This document shows positions 18,855 to 26,772 of a DNA stretch of 64,000 nucleotides, one piece after another (the stretch's first letter is position 1; the number at the start of each line of letters is the position of its first letter). This stretch comes from Actinomycetes bacterium (GTDB taxonomy: Bacteria; Actinomycetota; Aquicultoria; Aquicultorales; Aquicultoraceae): positions 3,277-67,276 of the forward strand of contig JAJYQA010000001.1 of NCBI GenBank assembly GCA_021794835.1. Direction: 5' to 3'. Below the pieces are notes generated by a model that saw only the letters and a program-made list of their open reading frames with translations, had not been told where the DNA came from and ran no database searches. A program made the position numbers and the translations under genes.

Positions 18855-18907
18855 CTATAAATAAAAGCCGGCAGCTAAGGTACTTCTTTTTGGCCTTAAC
18901 TGCCGGC
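18855..18907 (-). terminator. Rho-independent terminator after small ORF 18923..19123
   Basis: Minus strand GCCGGCAGTTAAGG-loop-CCTTAGCTGCCGGC (14-bp stem, 1 mismatch) followed by TTTTATTTAT. Confidence 0.75.
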
Positions 18908-18922
18908 TACTTAACGGTAATA

Positions 18923-19123
18923 TTAGCTCAAAAGCCCCGAGGGCATACCGCTTTGGCATATCCCAAACTCACACAAACGGTAATCAATCGAACAAATAAA
19001 GCATTTTTCGCTACGTGTGACAATAGTTGATAAATCAGAAACTGCGTATCGGCGCACGATCTTAGTTTCTAGGTATTGCCGATCGTTTGAAATATGCACC
19101 GTGTTTAGGTTGCCGTTTTCCAT
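18923..19123 (-). CDS. Hypothetical small Cys-rich protein (66 aa)
   Basis: ATG ORF with four Cys in the C-terminal third (KCFICSIDYRLCEFGIC) and its own strong terminator 16 nt downstream. SD weak (AGTGAG); no recognisable family. Confidence 0.35.
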   Translation of the reverse strand: MENGNLNTVHISNDRQYLETKIVRRYAVSDLSTIVTRSEKCFICSIDYRLCEFGICQSGMPSGLLS

Positions 19124-19305
19124 GGTTCTTAACTCACTAACTTCAATCGACGTGCCTTAAAGATTTGGTGGAGATTTAGTTGATTAAAAAGCTTCAAATA
19201 GTTTTTCAAACGGTTCTTTCCTGATTTATTTTATTATCGGCTCAAGGCTACCGTTCTTTAAAGATATGTTTGCTCATTTAGACTGGTAAATAATGGTATT
19301 TAGTG

Positions 19306-19343
19306 CTTATAAAAATAAAAAGACCAATATTAACATCGGTCTT
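19306..19343 (-). terminator. Intrinsic terminator closing the aspS-downstream structured RNA
   Basis: Minus strand AAGACC-GATGTTAATATT-GGTCTT followed by TTTATTTTTAT. The stem is only 6-8 bp. Confidence 0.5.
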
Positions 19344-19370
19344 CTACTTCTTTATCTTTTTTAAACAGAT

Positions 19371-19550
19371 AGCCCCGCCTTGCCGTTTCACGAAATACAT
19401 ATTGAAGCCCGCTCTCCGCAGGTGGGTGACCGCCTACCTGCTTTACGAGTCCTCAGTCGAGGAGGCTTTCGCGCTGCAGGTGAGAGAAGATCTCCCTATG
19501 TAATAGTGTTGGCTCTAATATACACTACGTTCCACGCGCAAGGCAGAGCC
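19371..19550 (-). ncRNA. Candidate structured sRNA (about 180 nt, rod-like; 6S-like or riboswitch-like)
   Basis: 5' arm GGCUCUGCCUUGC (19550-19538) pairs with 3' arm GCAAGGCGGGGCU (19383-19371). The helix continues: AGUGUAUAUU (19526-19517) with AAUAUGUAUU (19403-19394), and GAGCC (19515-19511) with GGCUU (19409-19405). No credible ORF; a terminator follows. Confidence 0.35.
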
Positions 19551-19614
19551 AACTTTCTATCTATTAATTTATTTTATCACAAAAATTCTTAAGTGTGTCA
19601 ACAGCAACTTATTT

Positions 19615-21402
19615 TTAGCCTAATTTAATATGTACCTCACGTAACTGCTGTTCAGTTACGGTGTCCGGAGCTCCGGTCATTAGATCTGAGCCGGTTTGTG
19701 TTTTTGGAAATGCGATTACCTCACGAATCGTCTTCTTCTGTAGAAGTATCGCTACCAACCTATCTAGACCAATCGCTAGGCCACCGTGCGGAGGGGCACC
19801 ATATTCAAAAGCGTCCAAAAGAAAACCAAATTTTTCGCGTGCCTCCCCCATGTTTAGCCCAATTAAGGCAAATATTTTTTCCTGAAGCTCTGGGTCATGT
19901 ATACGGATGCTCCCGCCCCCTACTTCCATGCCGTTGATTACGATATCGTAGGCGTAAGATTTTGCTTTAAGCGGCTCCGTATCAAGAAGCGGTAAGCTCT
20001 CGACCCTAGGCATCGTAAATGGGTGATGGTTCGGGGTAAGCTTCTGCTCAGTCTCGTCCCAATCAAAAAGCGGACAGTTCACAAGCCACATAAGCTTAAA
20101 TTCGCCTGGTTTAATAAGGCCGAGTTCCTCAGCTAACCTAGTTCTAAGCGTACCAAGTACCGTAGAGGCCTTATTTGGTTTATCAGCTACAAAAAGCATG
20201 AGGTCCCCCGGTTTTGCCTTAAGCCTTTTTATAATGGCCTCAAGCTGGTCTTCCTCAAATAATTTAGCTATGGGAGACCTAAGGTTGCCCTCTGGCTCTA
20301 TAGCTATCCAGGCAAGCCCCTTTGCGCCCTGGCTTGCTGCATATTCTGTTAGTTCCTCGACCTGGCTCCTGGAGAAGGTGCTACAGCCGGTGGCCGCAAT
20401 GCCCCTAACTACCCCACCGTTTTTAACCGTGTCTGCAAAAACTTTAAAGCCAGCGTTTTCAATAATATCGCTTATGTCTTCTATCTCCATCTCGTAGCGC
20501 AAGTCGGGTTTGTCTGTTCCGTACCTTGCAATAGCCTCATCGTATTCCATCCGCCTTATCGGAGTTCCTACCTCTATACCAACCACTTCAAATACGTCTT
20601 TTATTAAACCCTCAACCATCTCCAAGATTCCCTCTTCCTCGACAAACGACATCTCGATGTCGATTTGGGTATGTTCAGGTTGCCTATCGGCTCTTAAATC
20701 CTCGTCCCTGAACGCACGGGCGAACTGGTAGTACCTCTCAAATCCCGAAACCATAAGCACTTCTTTAAAAAGCTGCGGAGACTGGGGCAATGCGTAGAAA
20801 TGATGCGGCACCAGACGGCTTGGCACAAGAAAGTCCCTTGCACCCTCAGGCGTGCTCTTGGTCAGCATAGGTGTTTCTATCTCAATAAATGCGTTGTCGT
20901 TTAGGTAGTTTCTTACTCTCTTTACAACCTCATGCCTCATAATAAGGTTGCGCTGCATTTCAGACCGCCTGAGATCGAGATATCTAAATTTTAGCCTTAG
21001 ACTTTCTTCAGTTGGCGAGCCATCTATTTCAAACGGTGGTGTTTTGGACTTGCTCAATATTTTAATACCCTGTGCCTCCACCTCAACCCCACCGGTCGGT
21101 AGATTTGGGTTAACCGTCCCTTCGGGGCGCGCCTTGACCGTCCCGGTCACATAAAGGACGTATTCGCTGCGAACCTTTCGTGCGGTCTCAAAAGCAACCT
21201 CATGTGACGGGTCCACTACGACCTGGGCAATACCGCTCCTATCCCTAAGATCAAGAAAAATGAGACCGCCATGGTCGCGTCGAGTTTGCACCCAGCCACC
21301 GAGGATGACCTTTTCTCCTACATTCTGTTTTGTTAGCGTACCGCACGCATGTGTGCGCATTGAGAATTTTGCTAATTTATCCACGTTTGCCAATTTATCC
21401 AT
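19615..21402 (-). CDS. aspS: Aspartate--tRNA ligase
   Basis: 595 aa class IIb AspRS (GWVQTRRDHGGLIFLDLRD, FRDEDLRADRQPEHTQID, GGGSIRIH, GLDRLV). GGGAGC SD before the ATG at 21402; an alternative ATG at 21360. Confidence 0.95.
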   Translation of the reverse strand: MDKLANVDKLAKFSMRTHACGTLTKQNVGEKVILGGWVQTRRDHGGLIFLDLRDRSGIAQVVVDPSHEVAFETARKVRSEYVLYVTGTVKARPEGTVNPNLPTGGVEVEAQGIKILSKSKTPPFEIDGSPTEESLRLKFRYLDLRRSEMQRNLIMRHEVVKRVRNYLNDNAFIEIETPMLTKSTPEGARDFLVPSRLVPHHFYALPQSPQLFKEVLMVSGFERYYQFARAFRDEDLRADRQPEHTQIDIEMSFVEEEGILEMVEGLIKDVFEVVGIEVGTPIRRMEYDEAIARYGTDKPDLRYEMEIEDISDIIENAGFKVFADTVKNGGVVRGIAATGCSTFSRSQVEELTEYAASQGAKGLAWIAIEPEGNLRSPIAKLFEEDQLEAIIKRLKAKPGDLMLFVADKPNKASTVLGTLRTRLAEELGLIKPGEFKLMWLVNCPLFDWDETEQKLTPNHHPFTMPRVESLPLLDTEPLKAKSYAYDIVINGMEVGGGSIRIHDPELQEKIFALIGLNMGEAREKFGFLLDAFEYGAPPHGGLAIGLDRLVAILLQKKTIREVIAFPKTQTGSDLMTGAPDTVTEQQLREVHIKLG

Positions 21403-21418
21403 TCACTTGCTCCCACAC

Positions 21419-21438
21419 TAGCTGACAGCTGTCAGCTA
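21419..21438. other. Perfect 20-nt palindrome in the hisS-aspS spacer
   Basis: TAGCTGACAGCTGTCAGCTA equals its own reverse complement; forms an 8-bp stem with an AGCT loop 17 nt before the aspS start. Confidence 0.8.
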
Positions 21439-21471
21439 TAATTCGCCCTAATTATTATTTTACTATACTTA

Positions 21472-22785
21472 TTAACCCTGGACCCCGGTCCCTGGACCCT
21501 TTACCCTGGCAACGGCTCCTGGCCTCCCAAGAATTTCCGATAACTTGTCCACCAGCTCCTTCAACGGAACTTCGAGTTGCTCGCTGGTCTCCATGTTTTT
21601 CACAACGACTTCCCCAGATTCCAGCTCACGGGACCCAAGAAACACCGTATATTTAAATCCACGCTTGTCGGCATACTTTAACTGTCCCTTAAGGCTTCGG
21701 CCCATGTAGTCTAGGTCCGAGCTTATTCCCGCTTCTCTTAACGCGGACAAGAGGTTAATTGCGGTTGATCTTGCGGCCTCGTCGGGAACAGCTACAAATA
21801 CATCCATCTTGTTATCAATTGAGAGAAATGCTCCTTCCCTTTCGACGGCAATAGAAAGTCTCTCCGTCCCGATGGCAAAACCGATGCCCGGTGTGGGTGG
21901 ACCGCCAAATTCCTCGACCAGCTTATTATACCTGCCTCCCCCGCCGATTGCATTTTGCGCGCCTAAGAACGGGCTTACGACCTCAAAAGTGGTCTTGGTA
22001 TAGTAGTCAAGTCCGCGAACAAGCTCAGGTTTTATAATGTAGGCGATACCCTGCGTATCCAGGTACTGCCTGACTTTGTTAAAGTGCGCTTTGCATTCCT
22101 TATCCAGGTAGTCGATAATTTTAGGCGCATCCTTCATTACCAACTGGCAGCTCTCCTCTTTGCAGTCAAACAAGCGAAGCGGGTTTAAATCGATGCGTTT
22201 TTGGCAATCCCTACATAACTTCTCGCGATTCTCCTCGGCATAGTCTTTCAGCAACCTTATATATACCGGTCGGTCCTCATCACACCCCATACTGTTTATA
22301 TAAAGGGTAAGTTCCTTAAGCCCGACTGACTTGAAGTAGTTGATCATTAAAAGGATTGCCTCAGCATCAATTGCCGGGTCGTCAGAGCCGATAGCTTCAA
22401 TTCCCATTTGCCAGAATTGGCGGTATCTGCCGGCCTGAGGCCGTTCGTACCTGAACATAGGCCCGGTGTAATATAGTTTTACCGGCTGGGGCAGCTGATT
22501 CATGTTGTGGTCAACATATGCCCTTATGACCGGTGCCGTACCCTCAGGCCGCAACGTGAGGCTCCTGCCACCCTTATCTGCAAAAGTATACATCTCTTTT
22601 TGCACAATATCGGTAGAAATCCCGATGCTGCGCAAAAAAACCTCGGTATGCTCAAACATCGGCGTTACAATCGGCTCATATCCGTAGATAGAAAACAACT
22701 CTATTGCTTTGTGCTCAAGGTACTGCCATCTTCTGGCTACGTCTGGCAAAATATCAGTTGTACCTTTGGGTGCCTTGAATTGCAA
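21472..22785 (-). CDS. hisS: Histidine--tRNA ligase (with an 18-aa repeat-encoded C-terminal tail)
   Basis: 437 aa class IIa HisRS (LRPEGTAPVIR, FRYERPQAGRYRQFWQ, GGGRY). The last 18 codons (GRPGAVARVKGPGTGVQG) are encoded by CCCTGGACC word repeats. Confidence 0.95.
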   Translation of the reverse strand: MQFKAPKGTTDILPDVARRWQYLEHKAIELFSIYGYEPIVTPMFEHTEVFLRSIGISTDIVQKEMYTFADKGGRSLTLRPEGTAPVIRAYVDHNMNQLPQPVKLYYTGPMFRYERPQAGRYRQFWQMGIEAIGSDDPAIDAEAILLMINYFKSVGLKELTLYINSMGCDEDRPVYIRLLKDYAEENREKLCRDCQKRIDLNPLRLFDCKEESCQLVMKDAPKIIDYLDKECKAHFNKVRQYLDTQGIAYIIKPELVRGLDYYTKTTFEVVSPFLGAQNAIGGGGRYNKLVEEFGGPPTPGIGFAIGTERLSIAVEREGAFLSIDNKMDVFVAVPDEAARSTAINLLSALREAGISSDLDYMGRSLKGQLKYADKRGFKYTVFLGSRELESGEVVVKNMETSEQLEVPLKELVDKLSEILGRPGAVARVKGPGTGVQG

Positions 22786-22823
22786 GTCTATATCCTCCTA
22801 ATTAATTCACAATAGTCTCTTTG

Positions 22824-23450
22824 CTACTGCGCAACGTACGGGTTATTTCTTTTCTCGTCTCCTACCGTCGTTGACGGACCATGCCCCGGGTAAATCTTAA
22901 CCTGGTCGGGATATTTATATATCTTATCCTTAATAGACTCAACCAGCGATTTAAAAGAGCTTCCGGCTAAGTCGGTGCGCCCGACAGAACGGTAAAATAT
23001 TAAATCTCCGGTAAATAGGGAGTCTCCAATTTGAATTGTTACGCTCCCTTGCGTATGCCCCGGTGTATGGATAACCTTAACGTCCATGTCCCCAACCTTT
23101 ATGATCTGCCCATCGGCAAGTTCAAAATCAGCTTTTACTGTGGAATCTTCGCCTTCACCGGCCATAAATCCCATGCTTAGCATGGGGTTACCGATCATCT
23201 CAAAGTCGTCTTTATGAATTCCTATCTTTGCGCCGGTTTTTTTGGCAAGAGCACCGGCAACGCCGAAATGATCCCAGTGGCCGTGGGTCAATAAAATATA
23301 CTTAACATCAAGTCCCTTGGCCGCTATTGTATCCAGGATAATTCCGACATTTCCGGCTGGATCAATTACGATTGTCTCTCCTGCGTGTTCAGAGGCTACT
23401 ACATAGCAATTTGTATCTAAATCACCGACAACTAACGTTTCCAAAAACAT
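22824..23450 (-). CDS. MBL-fold metallo-hydrolase (glyoxalase II-like)
   Basis: 208 aa with the THGHWDHFG metal motif; sits between relA and hisS as in mycobacterial synteny. Confidence 0.85.
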   Translation of the reverse strand: MFLETLVVGDLDTNCYVVASEHAGETIVIDPAGNVGIILDTIAAKGLDVKYILLTHGHWDHFGVAGALAKKTGAKIGIHKDDFEMIGNPMLSMGFMAGEGEDSTVKADFELADGQIIKVGDMDVKVIHTPGHTQGSVTIQIGDSLFTGDLIFYRSVGRTDLAGSSFKSLVESIKDKIYKYPDQVKIYPGHGPSTTVGDEKRNNPYVAQ

Positions 23451-23468
23451 ACAATCCTCCAGATTAGG

Positions 23469-25706
23469 TTATCCTTTATTCTTCTCGGTTTGCCAATTCG
23501 GGGCTACCTTTTCGTGCCTGGGTAGATTTGGTTCAACTCTATAAACATCATAAACCGCAGGTACCCTCTTGATGCTGCCGATAATTGTCTGCAGGTGAGA
23601 TAGGTTTCCTATTTCAAACACAAAGCGCAGTACCGCAACGTGATTTCTAGATGTCGAAACCGATGCTGAAAGAATGTTTACGCCCGCATCTCCTAAAACC
23701 GTGCTAACATCGCGAAGCAGCTTCGTCCTATCCAAGGCCTCGACCTCCACCTCGACCTGGAACGCTGCCGGTTGGTTAGTATCCCATTTCGTTTCAATCA
23801 TTCGCTCAGGGAAAAGCTCGACCAGCTTTTTAGCATTTAGGCAATCGGTCCTATGTACCGATACGCCTCTTCCCCTGGTAACAAAACCAATTATGTCATC
23901 ATAAGGGACCGGGTTGCAGCAATGCGCTACCCTTACCAGCATATCGTCGATACCTTTTACAACAACTCCAGTTCTGCTTCCGCTATGACGCCGCTTCTGT
24001 GGCGTCTTTAATTTGATGTCCTCTATACCAATATCCTGCGCGTCCTTTTCCCCTTCTTTCTCTTTTGAGTACGCATCGGCTATTCGCCCTGCTACCTGCC
24101 TTGGGGACGTATTGCCTGCGCCAATACTGACGTAGACATCCTCGATAGATTTAAAGTTAAGCTCTTTGGCGATCGTCTCAAGAACACTTATGGTAATGCT
24201 GGATTTAAGTCCTAGATCGATCCTCCGAAGCTCTTTTTGCAGGATTTCACGGCCAGTTGCTTCACTATCTTCACGATTTTCCTTGTTGAACCATTGTTTA
24301 ATTTTGTTTCGGGCCCGATTTGTCTTTACTATCTTTAGCCAGTCTTTGCTGGGGCCACCAGCTGTCTTTGAGGTAAGTATCTCGATGAAATCGCCGGTAT
24401 GTAGCCTGTATTCAAGCGGCACTATCTGGTTATTAACTTTCGCTCCGATACAGCTATGCCCGACATCGGTGTGAATTGTATACGCAAAATCAAGTGGGGT
24501 TGAACCGGCCGGCAGGTTGATAACGTCACCTTTTGGGGTAAAGATATACACCTCATCCTCAAAGAGGTCAATCTTTAACGACTCCATAAACTCGCGTGGG
24601 TCTTTAAGCTCGCTTTGCCATTCAAGCATCTGACGTAGCCAGCTTAGACGCTCGTCAAACTTGTCTTCTTTCGTACCCTCCTTGTATCTCCAGTGTGCCG
24701 CGATACCATATTCTGCCGTTCTATGCATCTGCTTGGTCCTTATCTGGATCTCAAGCGGTTTTCCCATCGGTCCAATTACAGTTGTATGAAGCGACTGGTA
24801 CATGTTGAACTTGGGCATCGCTATATAATCCTTAAATCGCCCCGGTATCGGCGTCCACATCGCATGGATCACACCGAGCGCTCCATAGCAGTCCTTTATG
24901 GTATCAACGGTAACCCGAACCGCTAAAAGGTCGTAAATCTCGCTAAACTCACGTCCCTTTTTAACCATCTTCTCGTAGATGCTGTAGAAATGCTTAGGCC
25001 GCCCGCTTATCTCCGTCTCGATCCCCAGGATATTCAGCTCTTTTTTAAGCGCGCTTATAGCAGCTTTTAAGAACTCCTCGCGCTCGGACCTTCGTTCGGC
25101 AACCATCCTCTGAATCTGTTCGTATTTCTTAGGCTCAAGTACCTGAAATGATAAATCCTCGAGTTCCCATTTGACCGACATGATCCCAAGGCGGTGGGCA
25201 AGCGGCGCATATATCTCAAGCGTCTCTTTCGCCTTTTTGACCTGTTTGGCGTGGTCCAGGTGGCTTATTGTGCGCATGTTGTGTAAACGGTCGGCCAACT
25301 TAATGATAATAACCCTTATATCCTCGGCCATGGCGATGAACATTTTTCGTAAGTTCTCCGCCTGCTCCTCTTCGTGGCTCTTAAACTCGATTTTGCCAAG
25401 TTTTGTAACGCCATCAATGAGAGCCGCCACATCTAATCCAACCTCTTTTTCTATCTCCTCAAGCGAAATATCGGTATCCTCAACAACATCATGCAAAAGT
25501 CCCGCCATGATGGTCGTCGTGTCCATGCCAAGGTCGGCCAGGATATTCGCTACCTCAAGAGGATGAGATACAAAGTCTTCACCGGACAGGCGGTACTGGT
25601 CAATATGATACTTGCGCGCCAATTTATACGCCTTGCGTATCGCATCGACATCAAGATCGGGGTTATAACGTTTTATTTTATTAATAAGGCTTCTAATTCT
25701 TGCCAT
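23469..25706 (-). CDS. relA: Bifunctional (p)ppGpp synthetase/hydrolase RelA/SpoT
   Basis: 745 aa: HD hydrolase (HPLEVANILA..LHDVVEDT), synthetase (YKDYIAMPKFNMYQSLHTTV), TGS, and a C-terminal ACT-like domain. Confidence 0.95.
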   Translation of the reverse strand: MARIRSLINKIKRYNPDLDVDAIRKAYKLARKYHIDQYRLSGEDFVSHPLEVANILADLGMDTTTIMAGLLHDVVEDTDISLEEIEKEVGLDVAALIDGVTKLGKIEFKSHEEEQAENLRKMFIAMAEDIRVIIIKLADRLHNMRTISHLDHAKQVKKAKETLEIYAPLAHRLGIMSVKWELEDLSFQVLEPKKYEQIQRMVAERRSEREEFLKAAISALKKELNILGIETEISGRPKHFYSIYEKMVKKGREFSEIYDLLAVRVTVDTIKDCYGALGVIHAMWTPIPGRFKDYIAMPKFNMYQSLHTTVIGPMGKPLEIQIRTKQMHRTAEYGIAAHWRYKEGTKEDKFDERLSWLRQMLEWQSELKDPREFMESLKIDLFEDEVYIFTPKGDVINLPAGSTPLDFAYTIHTDVGHSCIGAKVNNQIVPLEYRLHTGDFIEILTSKTAGGPSKDWLKIVKTNRARNKIKQWFNKENREDSEATGREILQKELRRIDLGLKSSITISVLETIAKELNFKSIEDVYVSIGAGNTSPRQVAGRIADAYSKEKEGEKDAQDIGIEDIKLKTPQKRRHSGSRTGVVVKGIDDMLVRVAHCCNPVPYDDIIGFVTRGRGVSVHRTDCLNAKKLVELFPERMIETKWDTNQPAAFQVEVEVEALDRTKLLRDVSTVLGDAGVNILSASVSTSRNHVAVLRFVFEIGNLSHLQTIIGSIKRVPAVYDVYRVEPNLPRHEKVAPNWQTEKNKG

Positions 25707-25765
25707 AATTTTTACCTGTACCGGTTTACCTGTACCGGTATAAAGATTTTATCAGATTTGCCTAT

Positions 25766-25806
25766 GGTAAAACAAAGGCCCGCGAGGTGCGGGCCTTTGT
25801 TTTACC
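25766..25806 (-). terminator. 18-bp perfect-stem hairpin between secF and relA
   Basis: GGTAAAACAAAGGCCCGC-GAGGT-GCGGGCCTTTGTTTTACC. A/U runs lie inside the stem base, so it is a bidirectional-type terminator or attenuator. Confidence 0.7.
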
Positions 25807-25827
25807 GTTATGGGAGTTTTGATTAAC

Positions 25828-26772
25828 TTAGGATGCTGGAGCCACGGCTTCTTTTCCATACTTCTTCTTAAGATTCTTATAATATGGCTCTGCTTCCTTC
25901 CACATAACGAATATCGGCGATGCAAAGAATATTGACGAATAAGCCCCTGATATTGTACCGACCATCATTGCAAACGCGAAGTCTTTAAGGGTCTCGCCAC
26001 CGAAAAACAGGATTGAGATAATCGGCAGCAGTGTTACCAGTGACGTGTTTATCGAGCGCATAAGTACCTGGTTAATCGACCTATTGGCCATGGCCGAATA
26101 TGTCGTGCGAACAACATTTGCCGAATTCTCTTTGATCCTATGGAAAACAACGATTGTATCATAAAGTGAGTAACCCAGAACAGTAAGAAGCGCCGCAATC
26201 ATGTTCGGGTTGACCTCCCGACCAACAAGGGCGTAAATCCCTGCCGTAATAATTAGGTCGTGGAATAGAGCTAAAATAGCTGCAACCGACATTTTAAGCT
26301 CGTATCGTACCGCAACGAAGATCAAAAGCAGAACCAGCGCCACAATCAACGCGTAAATTGCGCGTTCGGTGATAAGTGAGCCCCAACTTGCATCAACTGT
26401 TTTTATCTCGCTGTCAGCCACACCAAATTTCTGGTTTAGGGTGCTAAAAAGTTGTTTTTCCTGTGCTGTGCTTAACTCACGAGTTCTTATCAGCATCTGA
26501 CTGCCCTTGTCGGTCGAGCCCTGATACGTACCCATGTTCGTGCGTTCTATGGGCTGAATTTTGCTATCTGTAAGACCCTGCGAATCAAGAACTGATCTTA
26601 CTTGGTCAACCGTTACAACTTGCTTGAATTTAACATTTGAAGCACTTCCGCCTTTAAAATCGATGCTGTAGTTAAATCCCCTTACCAGGATGCCAACGAT
26701 ACTAAGAACAATAAATACGCCGGAAAGGATAAACCACCATCTTTTCTTACCAAGAAAGTCTATATTAAGCAT
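25828..26772 (-). CDS. secF: Protein translocase subunit SecF
   Basis: 314 aa, 6 TM, FKGGSA and LHDLIIT-like blocks; 8-nt overlap with secD. Confidence 0.9.
   Translation of the reverse strand: MLNIDFLGKKRWWFILSGVFIVLSIVGILVRGFNYSIDFKGGSASNVKFKQVVTVDQVRSVLDSQGLTDSKIQPIERTNMGTYQGSTDKGSQMLIRTRELSTAQEKQLFSTLNQKFGVADSEIKTVDASWGSLITERAIYALIVALVLLLIFVAVRYELKMSVAAILALFHDLIITAGIYALVGREVNPNMIAALLTVLGYSLYDTIVVFHRIKENSANVVRTTYSAMANRSINQVLMRSINTSLVTLLPIISILFFGGETLKDFAFAMMVGTISGAYSSIFFASPIFVMWKEAEPYYKNLKKKYGKEAVAPAS

Noticed and set aside
19303-19592. Two overlapping plus-strand ORFs (66 and 70 aa) downstream of aspS.
   Set aside because: They overlap each other and the strongly paired region interpreted as a minus-strand structured RNA. 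They have no SD and lie antisense to a terminator-bounded unit.
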